IMG/VR virus record: IMGVR_UViG_3300010354_000047
Location: 64,001-128,000 of that record
DNA length: 64,000 bases
Reading direction: 5' to 3' (one strand)
Source: a virus
Shown here piece by piece: positions 18,301 through 27,684 of the stretch. Both the position numbers and the translations under genes were made by a program. How positions within the stretch are numbered: position 1 is the stretch's first letter; each line of letters begins with the position of its first letter. The notes under the pieces are model-generated. The model did no database searches and had not been told where the DNA came from. It saw nothing but the letters and a program-made list of their open reading frames with translations.

Positions 18301-20108
18301 ACGACAGCTCAGAGAGCATGGGTCTCTGCCTGAAGGATATTGCCAATGGGGCAACTACTTCTACAGTCTCAGGCATCACAGTTATTCAGACTGGGACAGC
18401 CGCGAGTTCAACCTCTCGCTATCGTCCAGAAGTTATCGAGTTTTCCGTGCTCTCTTCGACAGAAATCGAAAACCCTCGACAAACAGTCTCAGTCGTTCGG
18501 CTCAGTTCGACTGAAGGTGAGGAATACATTCGTGTAACTAATCTGAACGGAACAATTGTTCGCGGTATCCGTCTTAATTACCAAAACAGCTTCTACCCTT
18601 CTACCGCTCCAGGTTTCAATTGGCCCCAGCTAACGACCGTTACGGTTTGCTCCACAAACCCAATCGCTGAGACTGAACTTTACGACCCTGATTGGTCAAA
18701 TACGAAGAGGGCTGTTTATCGCTTTTTCCAGGTGATGGGTTATAGTCCTGAGATCATGAAGCCATACCTCACTCCTCAGTATTGGGGAGAGAGATTGCTT
18801 TCGGTTTCCGTTCTCGAAGGGACCCTTCCGGAAAACGGTTATGCTCTAACCACTGATAAGTGGCCTCTCGAGTTTAACCAACCGTCTGCAGTGATTGCCA
18901 ACACTCACACATGGGCTTACACTGGCTACTACAATTACTCTCGCGGCCTTCCCGAGTTTCAGACAAATGATTTCACCAAGAAATTGGCGGCGGACTTCCA
19001 GGCTACAACGACCTGGAGCGGACGCCTGACTGTAACAGGGATAAATGACAAAGGTGAAATCGTTCAGTTTGGACCACAAAGGCAAGCTCTTACGGCCAAC
19101 TTCTACGAAGACACATACCCTACCACCAATGTTGCAAATCAACAAATCTACGAAGAGCAACCCTATGTGGAATTCCCGGCTCAAGTCGTCGTCTACTCTG
19201 TCGACGACATTTCCTCACTATTCGACGGAGTTATCGACACTTTCGATCTACTGAGAAGCGGGCTTGCGATTCCCCCAGAACAGCTCAGTGTAGAATCCTT
19301 ATTTGTTGCCCTTGGCGCTTCAATGCAGAAGCCAGTGGAAAGTTACACACTTCTTAACAACAAGATCAAATTCGCTTCACCTCCTCCAGAGGGTACGAAT
19401 TGCAACATTCGGGTAGTCACTAGTGTAGATTCTTCTCGCACCTTGGTCACTGTTCCGCTTGAGTTCCAGGAGCAGTTTGATGGCTCGCGAACAACGTTTA
19501 CTGCCGTCTCTTCGAGCGTGGATATAACCCCTCTCGAAATCACATCGAACGGTACCTTTGTTTTCTTGGGTGGTGTTGAGCAAATCCCGGTATCAGATGT
19601 TAACCCCTCTCTGCCATTCTCTTATTCGATTGAGAGAACTTCTCCGACGACTGTTCAGTTTTCTTTCACTGGGCCTCCTCCTGCTGGGACAACTCTAGAT
19701 GTCAGAACAATCTGTTCAGGTTCGTACTGGTCACTACGTGGAATCTACCCTGTAGAAGTCTACTCGCTTGACTCAATTGCTTGCGACTTTAACGGTGCTA
19801 ATCTATCTTTCAACCTCACTTATGACGGGTTGCTGGTGAACCCTAATGCTGTCACACAGGATAACCTAATCGTCAGCCTTGGTGGATCGATTCAAATTCC
19901 TGGAGTTTCTTACACTGTGGAAAACTCCATTCTCACTTTCCTTGACCCGGTAGATGCGCCGCAACCAGGTACGACCATTAACCTTCGAGTGATTGCGAAT
20001 GCCGAGTTTATCTCTTGCCAAGATCAATCGGTTTACGGTTCCGGATTCCTGAGATGGGGACCCGGCCTCGTTCTCACTCTTGCTAACGATGCTGGACTGT
20101 TAGGGTGA
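15345..20108 (+). CDS. Large tail fibre/baseplate-associated protein
   Basis: 1587 aa. N-terminal ILKRSS..GKRP...PGEIGLN fibre-type motif, probable beta-helix core, three C-terminal FDG/FNG...LGG..Q.P...F..PP repeats. Confidence 0.7.
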   Translation: MSAKRIILKRSSIAGKRPTAENLSPGEIGLNTNSTEPGAFFQTTDGRTVKVGPTSYLSYPPTEFPEKGELWFDSEDGTLKVGTAEHEWMSISAPFLGGEGPIVFVAPEFHFSTDSLSNDGQALPFQTVSRAILELSKIYLSRVLSGFSTRDESKRYTIFIFPSQSIANNSPGVSPEEFNLDLSNKVGNDITIPELEQFNPVTGGIVVPFGITLRGIDLKKSVISPSYVPSYSNPFYPTGLQGVDQPLSAIFKCGGNVYAEDFSVVDKLSERVIVGVIDDNDLAVFRSERPHGLRVDDFVTVSYFATVDQSTGTFQPGNYYAVPVDSYHFYLSTGPQTESQAAEYILFQSIPALVNDSNPKFLVTNSLKSAHRLSLFRNASLSEIQEYFVKVQKAFPKVFGGKVTDTPQIVDQGDYVIVGPVGAYPQNEASNTTKNSSFYANQVNMRSEYGMCWGDFDGRLVSGFKSVVANACTAITLQNDPCVYEVYTTLVNPDTNLPEKKWWGLTQAVYLSTPVEQRPASIVDVPVVQQLDVLNTTPINNIRYHYENLKTEAGKSIGIVNTEKDFRHFGFRVQNGAYGQFQSTYCIGAAVGVWALNGGTCSLTNSTTNFGSVAFKAEGFLGINTIGGAKANGKGFVFEGIQRPLAITKSQAENTSNKKILSLGGRITNIYLDESDPNIQIVELSSDFSPCYLLPFSLKPGSALWVESESCTYRGFLATDGGPTIFTGIDSPNFAKIRIRSSDSTIPNNTDLLPVLGVPYVRRFSDPRQDFERSYSICLKNTFQNAISPQIGSVLRLNQTSQQLGSSSLTPNVQFDPGILGGWGRVFTVDAVETGGLGASPQFNYTISDPSQDQTYYVAITGSDMSRPWVQGLNFRNSQGDYVTFENRNWYAAENNIWESLYYGDSSSFTENFGPYSIAPIERCSPFVDTSVLEKQEKVLDTYQGVYAPDDFVGNPEYVGYENGTYFRGSTEPYPTYDTKNVYDDDDSSESMGLCLKDIANGATTSTVSGITVIQTGTAASSTSRYRPEVIEFSVLSSTEIENPRQTVSVVRLSSTEGEEYIRVTNLNGTIVRGIRLNYQNSFYPSTAPGFNWPQLTTVTVCSTNPIAETELYDPDWSNTKRAVYRFFQVMGYSPEIMKPYLTPQYWGERLLSVSVLEGTLPENGYALTTDKWPLEFNQPSAVIANTHTWAYTGYYNYSRGLPEFQTNDFTKKLAADFQATTTWSGRLTVTGINDKGEIVQFGPQRQALTANFYEDTYPTTNVANQQIYEEQPYVEFPAQVVVYSVDDISSLFDGVIDTFDLLRSGLAIPPEQLSVESLFVALGASMQKPVESYTLLNNKIKFASPPPEGTNCNIRVVTSVDSSRTLVTVPLEFQEQFDGSRTTFTAVSSSVDITPLEITSNGTFVFLGGVEQIPVSDVNPSLPFSYSIERTSPTTVQFSFTGPPPAGTTLDVRTICSGSYWSLRGIYPVEVYSLDSIACDFNGANLSFNLTYDGLLVNPNAVTQDNLIVSLGGSIQIPGVSYTVENSILTFLDPVDAPQPGTTINLRVIANAEFISCQDQSVYGSGFLRWGPGLVLTLANDAGLLG

Positions 20109-20149
20109 TCTGTAGGGTATAACTTTTTTATACGTGAGATAGTGCAAAA

Positions 20150-23100
20150 GTGTCATTAACAAGAGCTCAATTGCTAATGGGGGACAGCGGGCAAGGTCCG
20201 CTTCTCCCTGGCCAAGTTCAAGGTGTTAAACCAGGTCCGGGCGTGTCGATCGACTCAGACGGCACTATTACCTTTTTTGCCGGCTCAGCAACTGGCGTCG
20301 TTAGGACCAATAACACTTCTGCATATAATGGCTATATCTGGCCGAGTTCCACTCTCACCAATGGTCAATTAGTTTTAGGCGCGGGCGGAAATTTGTCATG
20401 GGGACGAATTCCGGGATACGGCCTCGTTGAAAACGGTAGTGCTCTGAAGTCTCGAACCGTAGTTTCAACCTCAGCTCCCTCTACCGGAGTTGGATTGAAT
20501 GAAGCCCCGGAAGGGGGAATGTATTGGAATAGCGAAAACGAGATTCTCTATATCCGGTATGGGGGCGTATGGAACCAAGTTAGTTATGGTCCCGCTGACC
20601 TAAGTACGGACCTACTGACCGGAACTTACACACTGTATGTTAACCCTGAAATCGGAAGTGACAAATACGTCACAGGGGTTTATGACGGAAGCGTGACTCC
20701 GGTGATTACCAACCAAATGGTAGTAGCCGGTTATACTCCACAGAAGCCGTTTAAGACGATAGCCCGTGCCGCTCTTGAAATAGCACGTATACAGAGTGGT
20801 TTGGGTCTTGATGCTCAAGCTTTCGATCGTTATGTAATTAGCTGCTCATCTGGAACGCACATTGTCGACAACGACTTTGGAATCGGAGCTGTGATCGGTT
20901 GGGAAGATGGAGAAGTTCCAAGCGACGCCAAGCTTCGAGAAATGAACAGCGAAACTTACGCTGGTGTTGTGTTGCCAAGGGGTGTGTCGGTTGTCGGAGC
21001 GGACCTTCGCAAAACAATTATTCGGCCGAAGTATGTTCCGGAAAAGAGCGGAAGCATGGAGGGTGACCGTGCCTCCATCTTTCGAGTCACGGGGGGCAGT
21101 TTCTTCTTCAACTTCACATTTAAGGATAAAGAAGACTACGAAGAAAGTCACCACTTACTTGACTGTTTCTCGTTTGTCTCAGACTCGGATCTAGAAGATT
21201 ACTACGAAAAAGCGCAGATTATCTTCAATCAGGCGTACAGGAATGAACCTGTGAACCCTGGGGAAACAGAAATCGTAGCTCCTCAACCTCCAGGAGTTGC
21301 TGAAGAGGAAACTGATTCTGTCTACGGATCTTCCCCATACATTTTTAACTGCTCTGTTCGCTCTGAGTACGGACTTTGCGGAGTGAACGCAGATGGCGCG
21401 GATGTAACTGGCTTCCGTTCGATGGTTCTTGCGCAATTCACGGGAGTGAGTTTGCAGAAAGACCTGACTTGTTGGCAGAAGTACAACTCCGGACCTAAAA
21501 CCTGGACCAATACAATCCTGAACTACAACTCTTACATCTCGCTCAACCCAAATGATGTGAGAATGGATCCTACGAAGAGAAGTTTTCACGTTAGGGCCAT
21601 CAATAATGCGTTTGTTCAAGAAGTATCCGTATTCGCGATTGGACAAGGTATTCACCACTGGGTGAAGTCCGGCGGGGAGATTTCAATCACCAACTCAAAT
21701 AGCTCGTTCGGTGGTTGCGCTGCCCTCGCTGAGGACTACAAGTCCGAAGCTTTTCCACAGGATTCAAACTGGAACGTGGCCACAATCAATGTGGCTGCTA
21801 ATCTCAGTGATCAAGTCCCCAACATATCATTGTATAAGCTTGGGACGGTAGCCACTGGCCAGGTTGATGACGCAACGACCATAACTCTTTCCCTCCCTCT
21901 CACGGACTCTGAGAGGTACCCAGGAACCCCTGAGATTTTAGCATCACGAAATTACACTTTTGCCCCAGGAAGCTACCTCTGGATTGAGAACAGTGATGGC
22001 CCAGACTGGAGAGCACCTTTAGAAACAGTGGCTTGGACTTCTGGATCTCCGGACAGTATTGAAATTACCGTCGCAATGGAGAATCAGGACGGTGACCTAC
22101 CGGGAGTGGGAGGGCAGCCGAGTCTTGAAGGGAGTCAAGTTTATGTTCGCCGCTTACAGGATACGCGTACCCTTTCGCAAAGAAGATACAGTCTAAACAT
22201 CACTAATACTGATAGCAACACTCGAGCCCCACTCCGAGACTACGTCGTTCAGACAACAATTGGATCAGGTGGCGGAATAGTCGGACCGCTCCCCGACTCC
22301 GACATGGTTTTAGTGAATAAATCGGGATCCATTCCAATCGGAACTGATCCAGTAGTTCGGAAGTCGCAAGTTATTCTTCAAAGAGCGAACCCGTTAAATA
22401 CGTGGACTGCAGATAACTACTATAGACCTGGTGATACTGTTCGCCATGAGAATAAGCATTTTACTTGCGTTCTGGAGAATTCTGATTCCGTTTTTGATGC
22501 GGATAAGTGGAACCAGTCTTTCGTTCACATGCCGTCAGACTTTAATGCTTACGACTTCTTCCTGAATGTTTCCCCGGTCATCTATTTTGATAACGACACC
22601 GATGGTCAAGACGAGACATCGAACTGTGGCTATGATCTGACCACGTGCTGGGAAACCGACTCAGAAATTATAGCCCAGTACACTTCGGCAACTGATTATC
22701 GAGGAGTTTACCAGTTTCTTGTTGGACTTGGTTTCTCGAGTGCAGATGCTCAAGACATTTTGCTTCCCGCACCTTCCTCCGCAAGAGAGCTTGATCCCTC
22801 TTCCAGCGTGGACATGAAGGGTTACGTTCCGGACGGAGCCGCGAACCTTCTCTCCAACTGGCCGATTGAATTCCGAAGACCCTCTGTCCTTCGAATTTTT
22901 GGCCATGCATGGGAGTGGGCAGGTTTCTTAAACTATTCAAAAGCTCTTCCTGCTTATCAGGGCGATCTATCTGCGCAAAACCAATTCACCTATTACTTCA
23001 CAAATCAGCTCGGGGGAAGGGTGTATGCTACAGGTTTCAATCAGGAAGGGTACTTCGTAACCGCTGCCGGCTTAACAGATCTTTCAACCGGGGAAAATAT

Positions 23101-23737
23101 AGGGATTTCAGACCTTGGTGGCAACTTTGAAGGAATTACTACTCCTCCGGTCTACATCCCCGCCTCGATTATTGAAAATAAGGGGGATATCCTGATCGGA
23201 TTGTCCAGCGACACTCCCTCTGTCTTGCCTGTGGGTCCCGACGGATACGTTTTGACAGCGGACTCCTCTACATCCTCAGGTTTAGCCTGGGTCGCAGGAA
23301 TACCAGCGGGAGTTATTGTGATGTGGTCTGGTACCATAGCGAACATACCAACGGGTTGGGCACTTTGCAATGGTTCGGGAGGTACTCCAGACCTCCGTAA
23401 CAGATTCATTGTCGGTGCCCATAGCGGAACGGGAAGTGGAACTACAACTTCCGCAGGACCAACGGTGAATGTTTCAACCGGAGCGCTGAGTGCGAACTAT
23501 ACTCCAGGTAACATTGGTGGTGGAAATGGCCATCAGTTGTCTGTAGCCGAACTTGCTGCGCATACTCATAAAGTCTTTTTTGATGGGTTCGACTATCTCG
23601 GCCAAGCAGCAGGGGGGCCTAACCTCGGAACTTACGGTCCGTTGGATACTGAGGCGACGACCACCGGAGCCGGTTCTAACTATTACCATGAGAATCGTCC
23701 TGCTTATTACGCCCTAGCGTATATTATGAAACTTTGA
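20150..23737 (+). CDS. Tail fibre protein with a C-terminal collar domain
   Basis: Core paralogous to 15345 (PFKTIARA, GADLRKT, RSEYG.CG, WP.EF). C-terminal IPAGVIVMWSG...GWALCNG...TPDLRNRFIVG...YYALAYIMKL. Confidence 0.78.
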   Translation: MSLTRAQLLMGDSGQGPLLPGQVQGVKPGPGVSIDSDGTITFFAGSATGVVRTNNTSAYNGYIWPSSTLTNGQLVLGAGGNLSWGRIPGYGLVENGSALKSRTVVSTSAPSTGVGLNEAPEGGMYWNSENEILYIRYGGVWNQVSYGPADLSTDLLTGTYTLYVNPEIGSDKYVTGVYDGSVTPVITNQMVVAGYTPQKPFKTIARAALEIARIQSGLGLDAQAFDRYVISCSSGTHIVDNDFGIGAVIGWEDGEVPSDAKLREMNSETYAGVVLPRGVSVVGADLRKTIIRPKYVPEKSGSMEGDRASIFRVTGGSFFFNFTFKDKEDYEESHHLLDCFSFVSDSDLEDYYEKAQIIFNQAYRNEPVNPGETEIVAPQPPGVAEEETDSVYGSSPYIFNCSVRSEYGLCGVNADGADVTGFRSMVLAQFTGVSLQKDLTCWQKYNSGPKTWTNTILNYNSYISLNPNDVRMDPTKRSFHVRAINNAFVQEVSVFAIGQGIHHWVKSGGEISITNSNSSFGGCAALAEDYKSEAFPQDSNWNVATINVAANLSDQVPNISLYKLGTVATGQVDDATTITLSLPLTDSERYPGTPEILASRNYTFAPGSYLWIENSDGPDWRAPLETVAWTSGSPDSIEITVAMENQDGDLPGVGGQPSLEGSQVYVRRLQDTRTLSQRRYSLNITNTDSNTRAPLRDYVVQTTIGSGGGIVGPLPDSDMVLVNKSGSIPIGTDPVVRKSQVILQRANPLNTWTADNYYRPGDTVRHENKHFTCVLENSDSVFDADKWNQSFVHMPSDFNAYDFFLNVSPVIYFDNDTDGQDETSNCGYDLTTCWETDSEIIAQYTSATDYRGVYQFLVGLGFSSADAQDILLPAPSSARELDPSSSVDMKGYVPDGAANLLSNWPIEFRRPSVLRIFGHAWEWAGFLNYSKALPAYQGDLSAQNQFTYYFTNQLGGRVYATGFNQEGYFVTAAGLTDLSTGENIGISDLGGNFEGITTPPVYIPASIIENKGDILIGLSSDTPSVLPVGPDGYVLTADSSTSSGLAWVAGIPAGVIVMWSGTIANIPTGWALCNGSGGTPDLRNRFIVGAHSGTGSGTTTSAGPTVNVSTGALSANYTPGNIGGGNGHQLSVAELAAHTHKVFFDGFDYLGQAAGGPNLGTYGPLDTEATTTGAGSNYYHENRPAYYALAYIMKL

Positions 23738-23770
23738 TGAGCCCCGAACTAATTCTCCCCTCTTAAAAAA

Positions 23771-24463
23771 ATGCCTTTGATCAGAATCTTTGCAAAAAGA
23801 CAAGCCGTCATAATCGGAGACGATGCGGCTGCAGGGGTCGATACCTCTTTAATTTCTCCTGACATTCGCGTCATAACTTTCGATCAGAATATACCTATCG
23901 GAAGTATTGTATACTGCGCAGACTCAGAAACCGGGGTAATCCCTCCCCTTGAAACCATAACAAGTTTAGAGCCCTGGATGAGTGTGGTAGAAGAAGCTGA
24001 GGAAATTATCTTTTGTCAGAAGAACCCAAAGACCTTTTACAGTACAATCGAGCCTGTCGGACGGGCGATAACGGTAAGTGAGAAAGGTTGGCCCCAACCT
24101 GAAAATAGCACGGAACAAGAGCCCCCTTCACCCCCCTCCCAAAATACTAAACTTTATTGGTCGGGTGAAGATTTCGTCTGGTGCACTTTTCCCTTTGAAA
24201 GCTCCCTGGAGGAAGCTAAAACCCATATGTGCCAGACTCTGAAACAGATGGCATATTCTCTTTTGCAGCCAACGGACTGGTACGTCATTCGGGAGTTTGA
24301 GACAGGAACAGAAACCCCCCTAGAGGTAACCACGTGGAGGGGACAAATCCGTGAACAAACTAATGAAAAGGAAGCAGAAGTGAACAGTAAAGTGTCGAAA
24401 GAAGAACTAGACTCCTACTGTCAATCAGGTTCCTTCTTAAGCTGGGTGAATGGTCCCTTGTGA
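23771..24463 (+). CDS. Probable tail fibre assembly chaperone
   Basis: LLQPTDWYVIRE...WRGQIR motif; lies directly after a collar-bearing fibre gene. Confidence 0.55.
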   Translation: MPLIRIFAKRQAVIIGDDAAAGVDTSLISPDIRVITFDQNIPIGSIVYCADSETGVIPPLETITSLEPWMSVVEEAEEIIFCQKNPKTFYSTIEPVGRAITVSEKGWPQPENSTEQEPPSPPSQNTKLYWSGEDFVWCTFPFESSLEEAKTHMCQTLKQMAYSLLQPTDWYVIREFETGTETPLEVTTWRGQIREQTNEKEAEVNSKVSKEELDSYCQSGSFLSWVNGPL

Positions 24464-24537
24464 CTTTCGACGTTATAAAGTCTCTTCCGTCAGGTTTGTA
24501 CTCCGGGGGTAAAACCCAATAACTCCTGTAATTAAAG

Positions 24538-26277
24538 ATGCCATCGAGTTCTGACATAATTACTCCAATTCTGCTGTTGCGGTCCTCTACAGCTTCTAAG
24601 AGGCCCGATCCCGCCGACTTGCTTCCGGGGCAGCCTGCAATCAATTACAATAGCTCTGACCCAGGTCTCTATTTTTCAGATAGCACTCTGTCGGAACTCC
24701 TGAAGATAGGTCCATGTCACGTGGGTCCTACTGAACCAAATGGCACTCCCGCTATTGGAGGGTACGCCGGTAAATGTGTAGGGGAATCTTGGCTGGATAC
24801 ATCTGATCCAGAGCGAAACACTCTCAAGATTTGGGACGGGTCGGCGTGGCTTATTGCGGGTCAAATTACTCCCAACACCTTCTTTATCTCAAACACCCTA
24901 TGGGTGGACGTGGATGGGGACGACTCAAATACGGGCCGTTCACCTATCTACGCGAAAAAGACGATTCAGGCCGCTCTCGATGAAGCAACTGCGGGCATGA
25001 CCATCAGAGTTTCTCCCGGTTCTTTCATCGAGGATAATCCCTTAATCTTTTCCGACGTTAACATCACCATTTCTGGAGCCGGTAGTCAGATAACAGAGAT
25101 TGTTCTAGAGAATGATGCCGACCTGTTTCATATGCGAAGCGGGTCTGTGGTGCAAGACTTCACTTTTTCAAAAGAGACTGCCGTAACAAATAAGGCTATC
25201 ACTCGGTTTATTCCTACGGGAGCAGGGACGATTGTTACACCTCCTCTGGTGAAAGATTGCGTAGCAAACGTCGAGGGGGCAATCGGAATTCTGGCTGATG
25301 GTAATGCCTCTGGTGGTTTAAAGACTTTCTCCTCTTCGGACTTCAAGGTTTCCGCCGAAAACAGCGTGGGATTCAAATGCTTGAACAAAGCTTTTATTGA
25401 AGCGGATGGTTGTGAGACAACTTACGCTCAGACATCGATGCTCACCGAATCCGGAGGAACAATTCGGGCAACGAACTGCAAGTCTGTGTATGGGGAATAT
25501 GGCCTTGTTTCAAATGGTATTAGCGACCCTGAGCAGACTGGGGAATTTGCAACTATTGATGCCCTGGGAACACACATTCAAGTAGATGACTTATCTGAAA
25601 CTTTGAGACCCTATGAAGGGCAAGTTCTCACAGTAGGTGGGACATTCTTCCGAGTGTGCGGATTTCTGATCTCGGACCCAGGAGACGGCTACACATCACC
25701 CCCGCAAGTTATCGTCAGTCTTGGCTCCGGTCCAAACCCAGTAGCGGCTGAAGGCTTTGCAGTCATTGAAGATGGTCAAGTCGTGGATATAGTTTTGACA
25801 GAACCTGGCCAGGGGTACTCAGAATCAGATGTAGTCACAGTAACCTTTGTCGGTGGGACAGGTTGTCCCGCTCACGCCGAAGCAGTTCTTTCACCGATTT
25901 ACTACACTGTTAATACTGCCTCAGAGATTGCAGGAAATTCTAGCGTTGTGTGTATATCTGAACCCCTTCCGTATTCCCCATCCCCAGGAGACGAAGTTGT
26001 CTTTTACAGGATGAGCAAAATTGTAGCCCATTCCCATTACTTTGGCTACCTGGGAACCGGAAGTCAAACTCCTTTTGAAGGAGGCTCCCCCGTACCAGAA
26101 AACGAGGTCGTTGAGCAGGATGGAGGAAGAGTTTTCGTAAGTAGCATGAATCAATCAGGGAATTTCAGGGTTGGAAAAGAATTCTGCATCAGCCAGGTTG
26201 ATAATGTGATTTCCGGCTTCACTTTTTCGAATTCGGTTTTGGCTGCCGTTTTACCCATCATTACTGCAATTGACTGA
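24538..26277 (+). CDS. Tail fibre/spike protein with a probable beta-helix
   Basis: N-terminal module shared with 15345 (LLRSSTASKRP...KIGP); WVDVDGDDSNTG...KTIQAAL beta-helix start. Confidence 0.65.
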   Translation: MPSSSDIITPILLLRSSTASKRPDPADLLPGQPAINYNSSDPGLYFSDSTLSELLKIGPCHVGPTEPNGTPAIGGYAGKCVGESWLDTSDPERNTLKIWDGSAWLIAGQITPNTFFISNTLWVDVDGDDSNTGRSPIYAKKTIQAALDEATAGMTIRVSPGSFIEDNPLIFSDVNITISGAGSQITEIVLENDADLFHMRSGSVVQDFTFSKETAVTNKAITRFIPTGAGTIVTPPLVKDCVANVEGAIGILADGNASGGLKTFSSSDFKVSAENSVGFKCLNKAFIEADGCETTYAQTSMLTESGGTIRATNCKSVYGEYGLVSNGISDPEQTGEFATIDALGTHIQVDDLSETLRPYEGQVLTVGGTFFRVCGFLISDPGDGYTSPPQVIVSLGSGPNPVAAEGFAVIEDGQVVDIVLTEPGQGYSESDVVTVTFVGGTGCPAHAEAVLSPIYYTVNTASEIAGNSSVVCISEPLPYSPSPGDEVVFYRMSKIVAHSHYFGYLGTGSQTPFEGGSPVPENEVVEQDGGRVFVSSMNQSGNFRVGKEFCISQVDNVISGFTFSNSVLAAVLPIITAID

Positions 26278-26278
26278 G

Positions 26279-26638
26279 ATGACTTTACCTCTAACCACTT
26301 TTAATACCACATTTCTCGAGATTCCCGAGATTGAAGAAACTTTTTATACCGCTCCAGCCGGGTACTCTCAGATTGTGACCATGTGCCAGGTTTCAAACGT
26401 GTCCACTACAGACAGTGGATTAGTGAGCTTAAACTTAAACCGTGGCCTCGACGTAATCCAGCAACTTAACGAGTACGAAATTCCTCCTGGCGAAGTTCTT
26501 TGTGTTTACGGAGCTGGACAAGGTTCCTTGATTCTAGAACCTGGTGACTTCATTTCCGTGTTTCGCTCACCGGGAGAGGGTGTGACTTTGAACATCACAA
26601 TGAGTGTAATTGGAACACTTATCGCCAAGACCTGCTGA
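26279..26638 (+). CDS. Small virion-associated beta protein
   Basis: YTAPAG...QVSNV...LILEPGD pattern within the tail cluster; ATG at 26279. Confidence 0.5.
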   Translation: MTLPLTTFNTTFLEIPEIEETFYTAPAGYSQIVTMCQVSNVSTTDSGLVSLNLNRGLDVIQQLNEYEIPPGEVLCVYGAGQGSLILEPGDFISVFRSPGEGVTLNITMSVIGTLIAKTC

Positions 26639-26648
26639 ATAGACCAAA

Positions 26649-27677
26649 ATGGCCAAATTTTTTGACGACAAAGTTATTCCCACTCCCCCGGAAGAAGCCG
26701 GGGAAGATCGCTATGATCTGCTGAGTCTAAAAAGTGCAGAGCCCAACCTTGGCCTTCCGGAAACAAGCGGATACGTTTTAGCTAGCGACACAGAGGGAAA
26801 TAGATATTGGGTTGCTATCTCAAGTGCCGATGGTGACTGGATTCCTAAATCCATCATACTCGCAAAGGGTGACACAATTGTAGGCTTAAGCTCCGGAAAC
26901 CCTGTTAAGCTTCCCGTTGGCTCAGACGGTCAAGTATTGACAGCCGATTCATCAGCGTCGTACGGAGTTAAATGGGGAGATGTACCTCTTGGTGACTTCA
27001 TTCCGAATGCTATAATTACAGCCAAGGGAGACCTCATTATAGGAGAGGCCTCTAATGACCCCAACAAATTAGCCGTAGGAACAAATGGCTACGTATTGAC
27101 CGCAGACTCCACGGCACCTCTTGGCATAAAGTGGGCAAGTCCTGCTGGGGACTTTATCCCTAACTCTGTGATTAGTGCGAAAGGGGATCTGATCATTGGG
27201 GAAGCCGCCAGTGACCCAAACAAGTTACCCGTTGGAACAAACGGTCATGTGTTGACAGCGGATGCGTCTGCACCCTTGGGAGTCACATGGGCACCGACTG
27301 CGAGCCCCTTAAACTTAACCACGGTAACCAAAACAGCTACGTCTTTGGCACCAGGCGCAGCATATGATTTCACTATTTCCGGGTCGTGTTTCCTCTTCGT
27401 TCGCATAAACGCTAACCAGCCAGCCTGGATAAGGGGGTACGGTACCTCCGCAGCAAGATCGGCAGATATACGAACCCTTCCTGGCGCACCTTACCCAGAC
27501 CCTGGGACGGGTTTCTTCACAGAGGTAGTCACGACAGCTCTTGAGCCGGAAATCTCGTTGTCACCCTTGCCAACAATTTATGGCGACTCTTCTACTACTT
27601 ATTGGAGAGTTATCAACCAAGACACCCTTACTCGAACGATCACAATGGTGTTCAGCATTGTTACTTTAATCGACTGA
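26649..27677 (+). CDS. Fibre protein with three repeats of about 52 aa
   Basis: GD[WF]IP..II.AKGD.I.G......KL.VG..G.VLTAD...G..W three times; one copy also in 20150..23737. Confidence 0.65.
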   Translation: MAKFFDDKVIPTPPEEAGEDRYDLLSLKSAEPNLGLPETSGYVLASDTEGNRYWVAISSADGDWIPKSIILAKGDTIVGLSSGNPVKLPVGSDGQVLTADSSASYGVKWGDVPLGDFIPNAIITAKGDLIIGEASNDPNKLAVGTNGYVLTADSTAPLGIKWASPAGDFIPNSVISAKGDLIIGEAASDPNKLPVGTNGHVLTADASAPLGVTWAPTASPLNLTTVTKTATSLAPGAAYDFTISGSCFLFVRINANQPAWIRGYGTSAARSADIRTLPGAPYPDPGTGFFTEVVTTALEPEISLSPLPTIYGDSSTTYWRVINQDTLTRTITMVFSIVTLID

Positions 27678-27684
27678 GGTAAGA

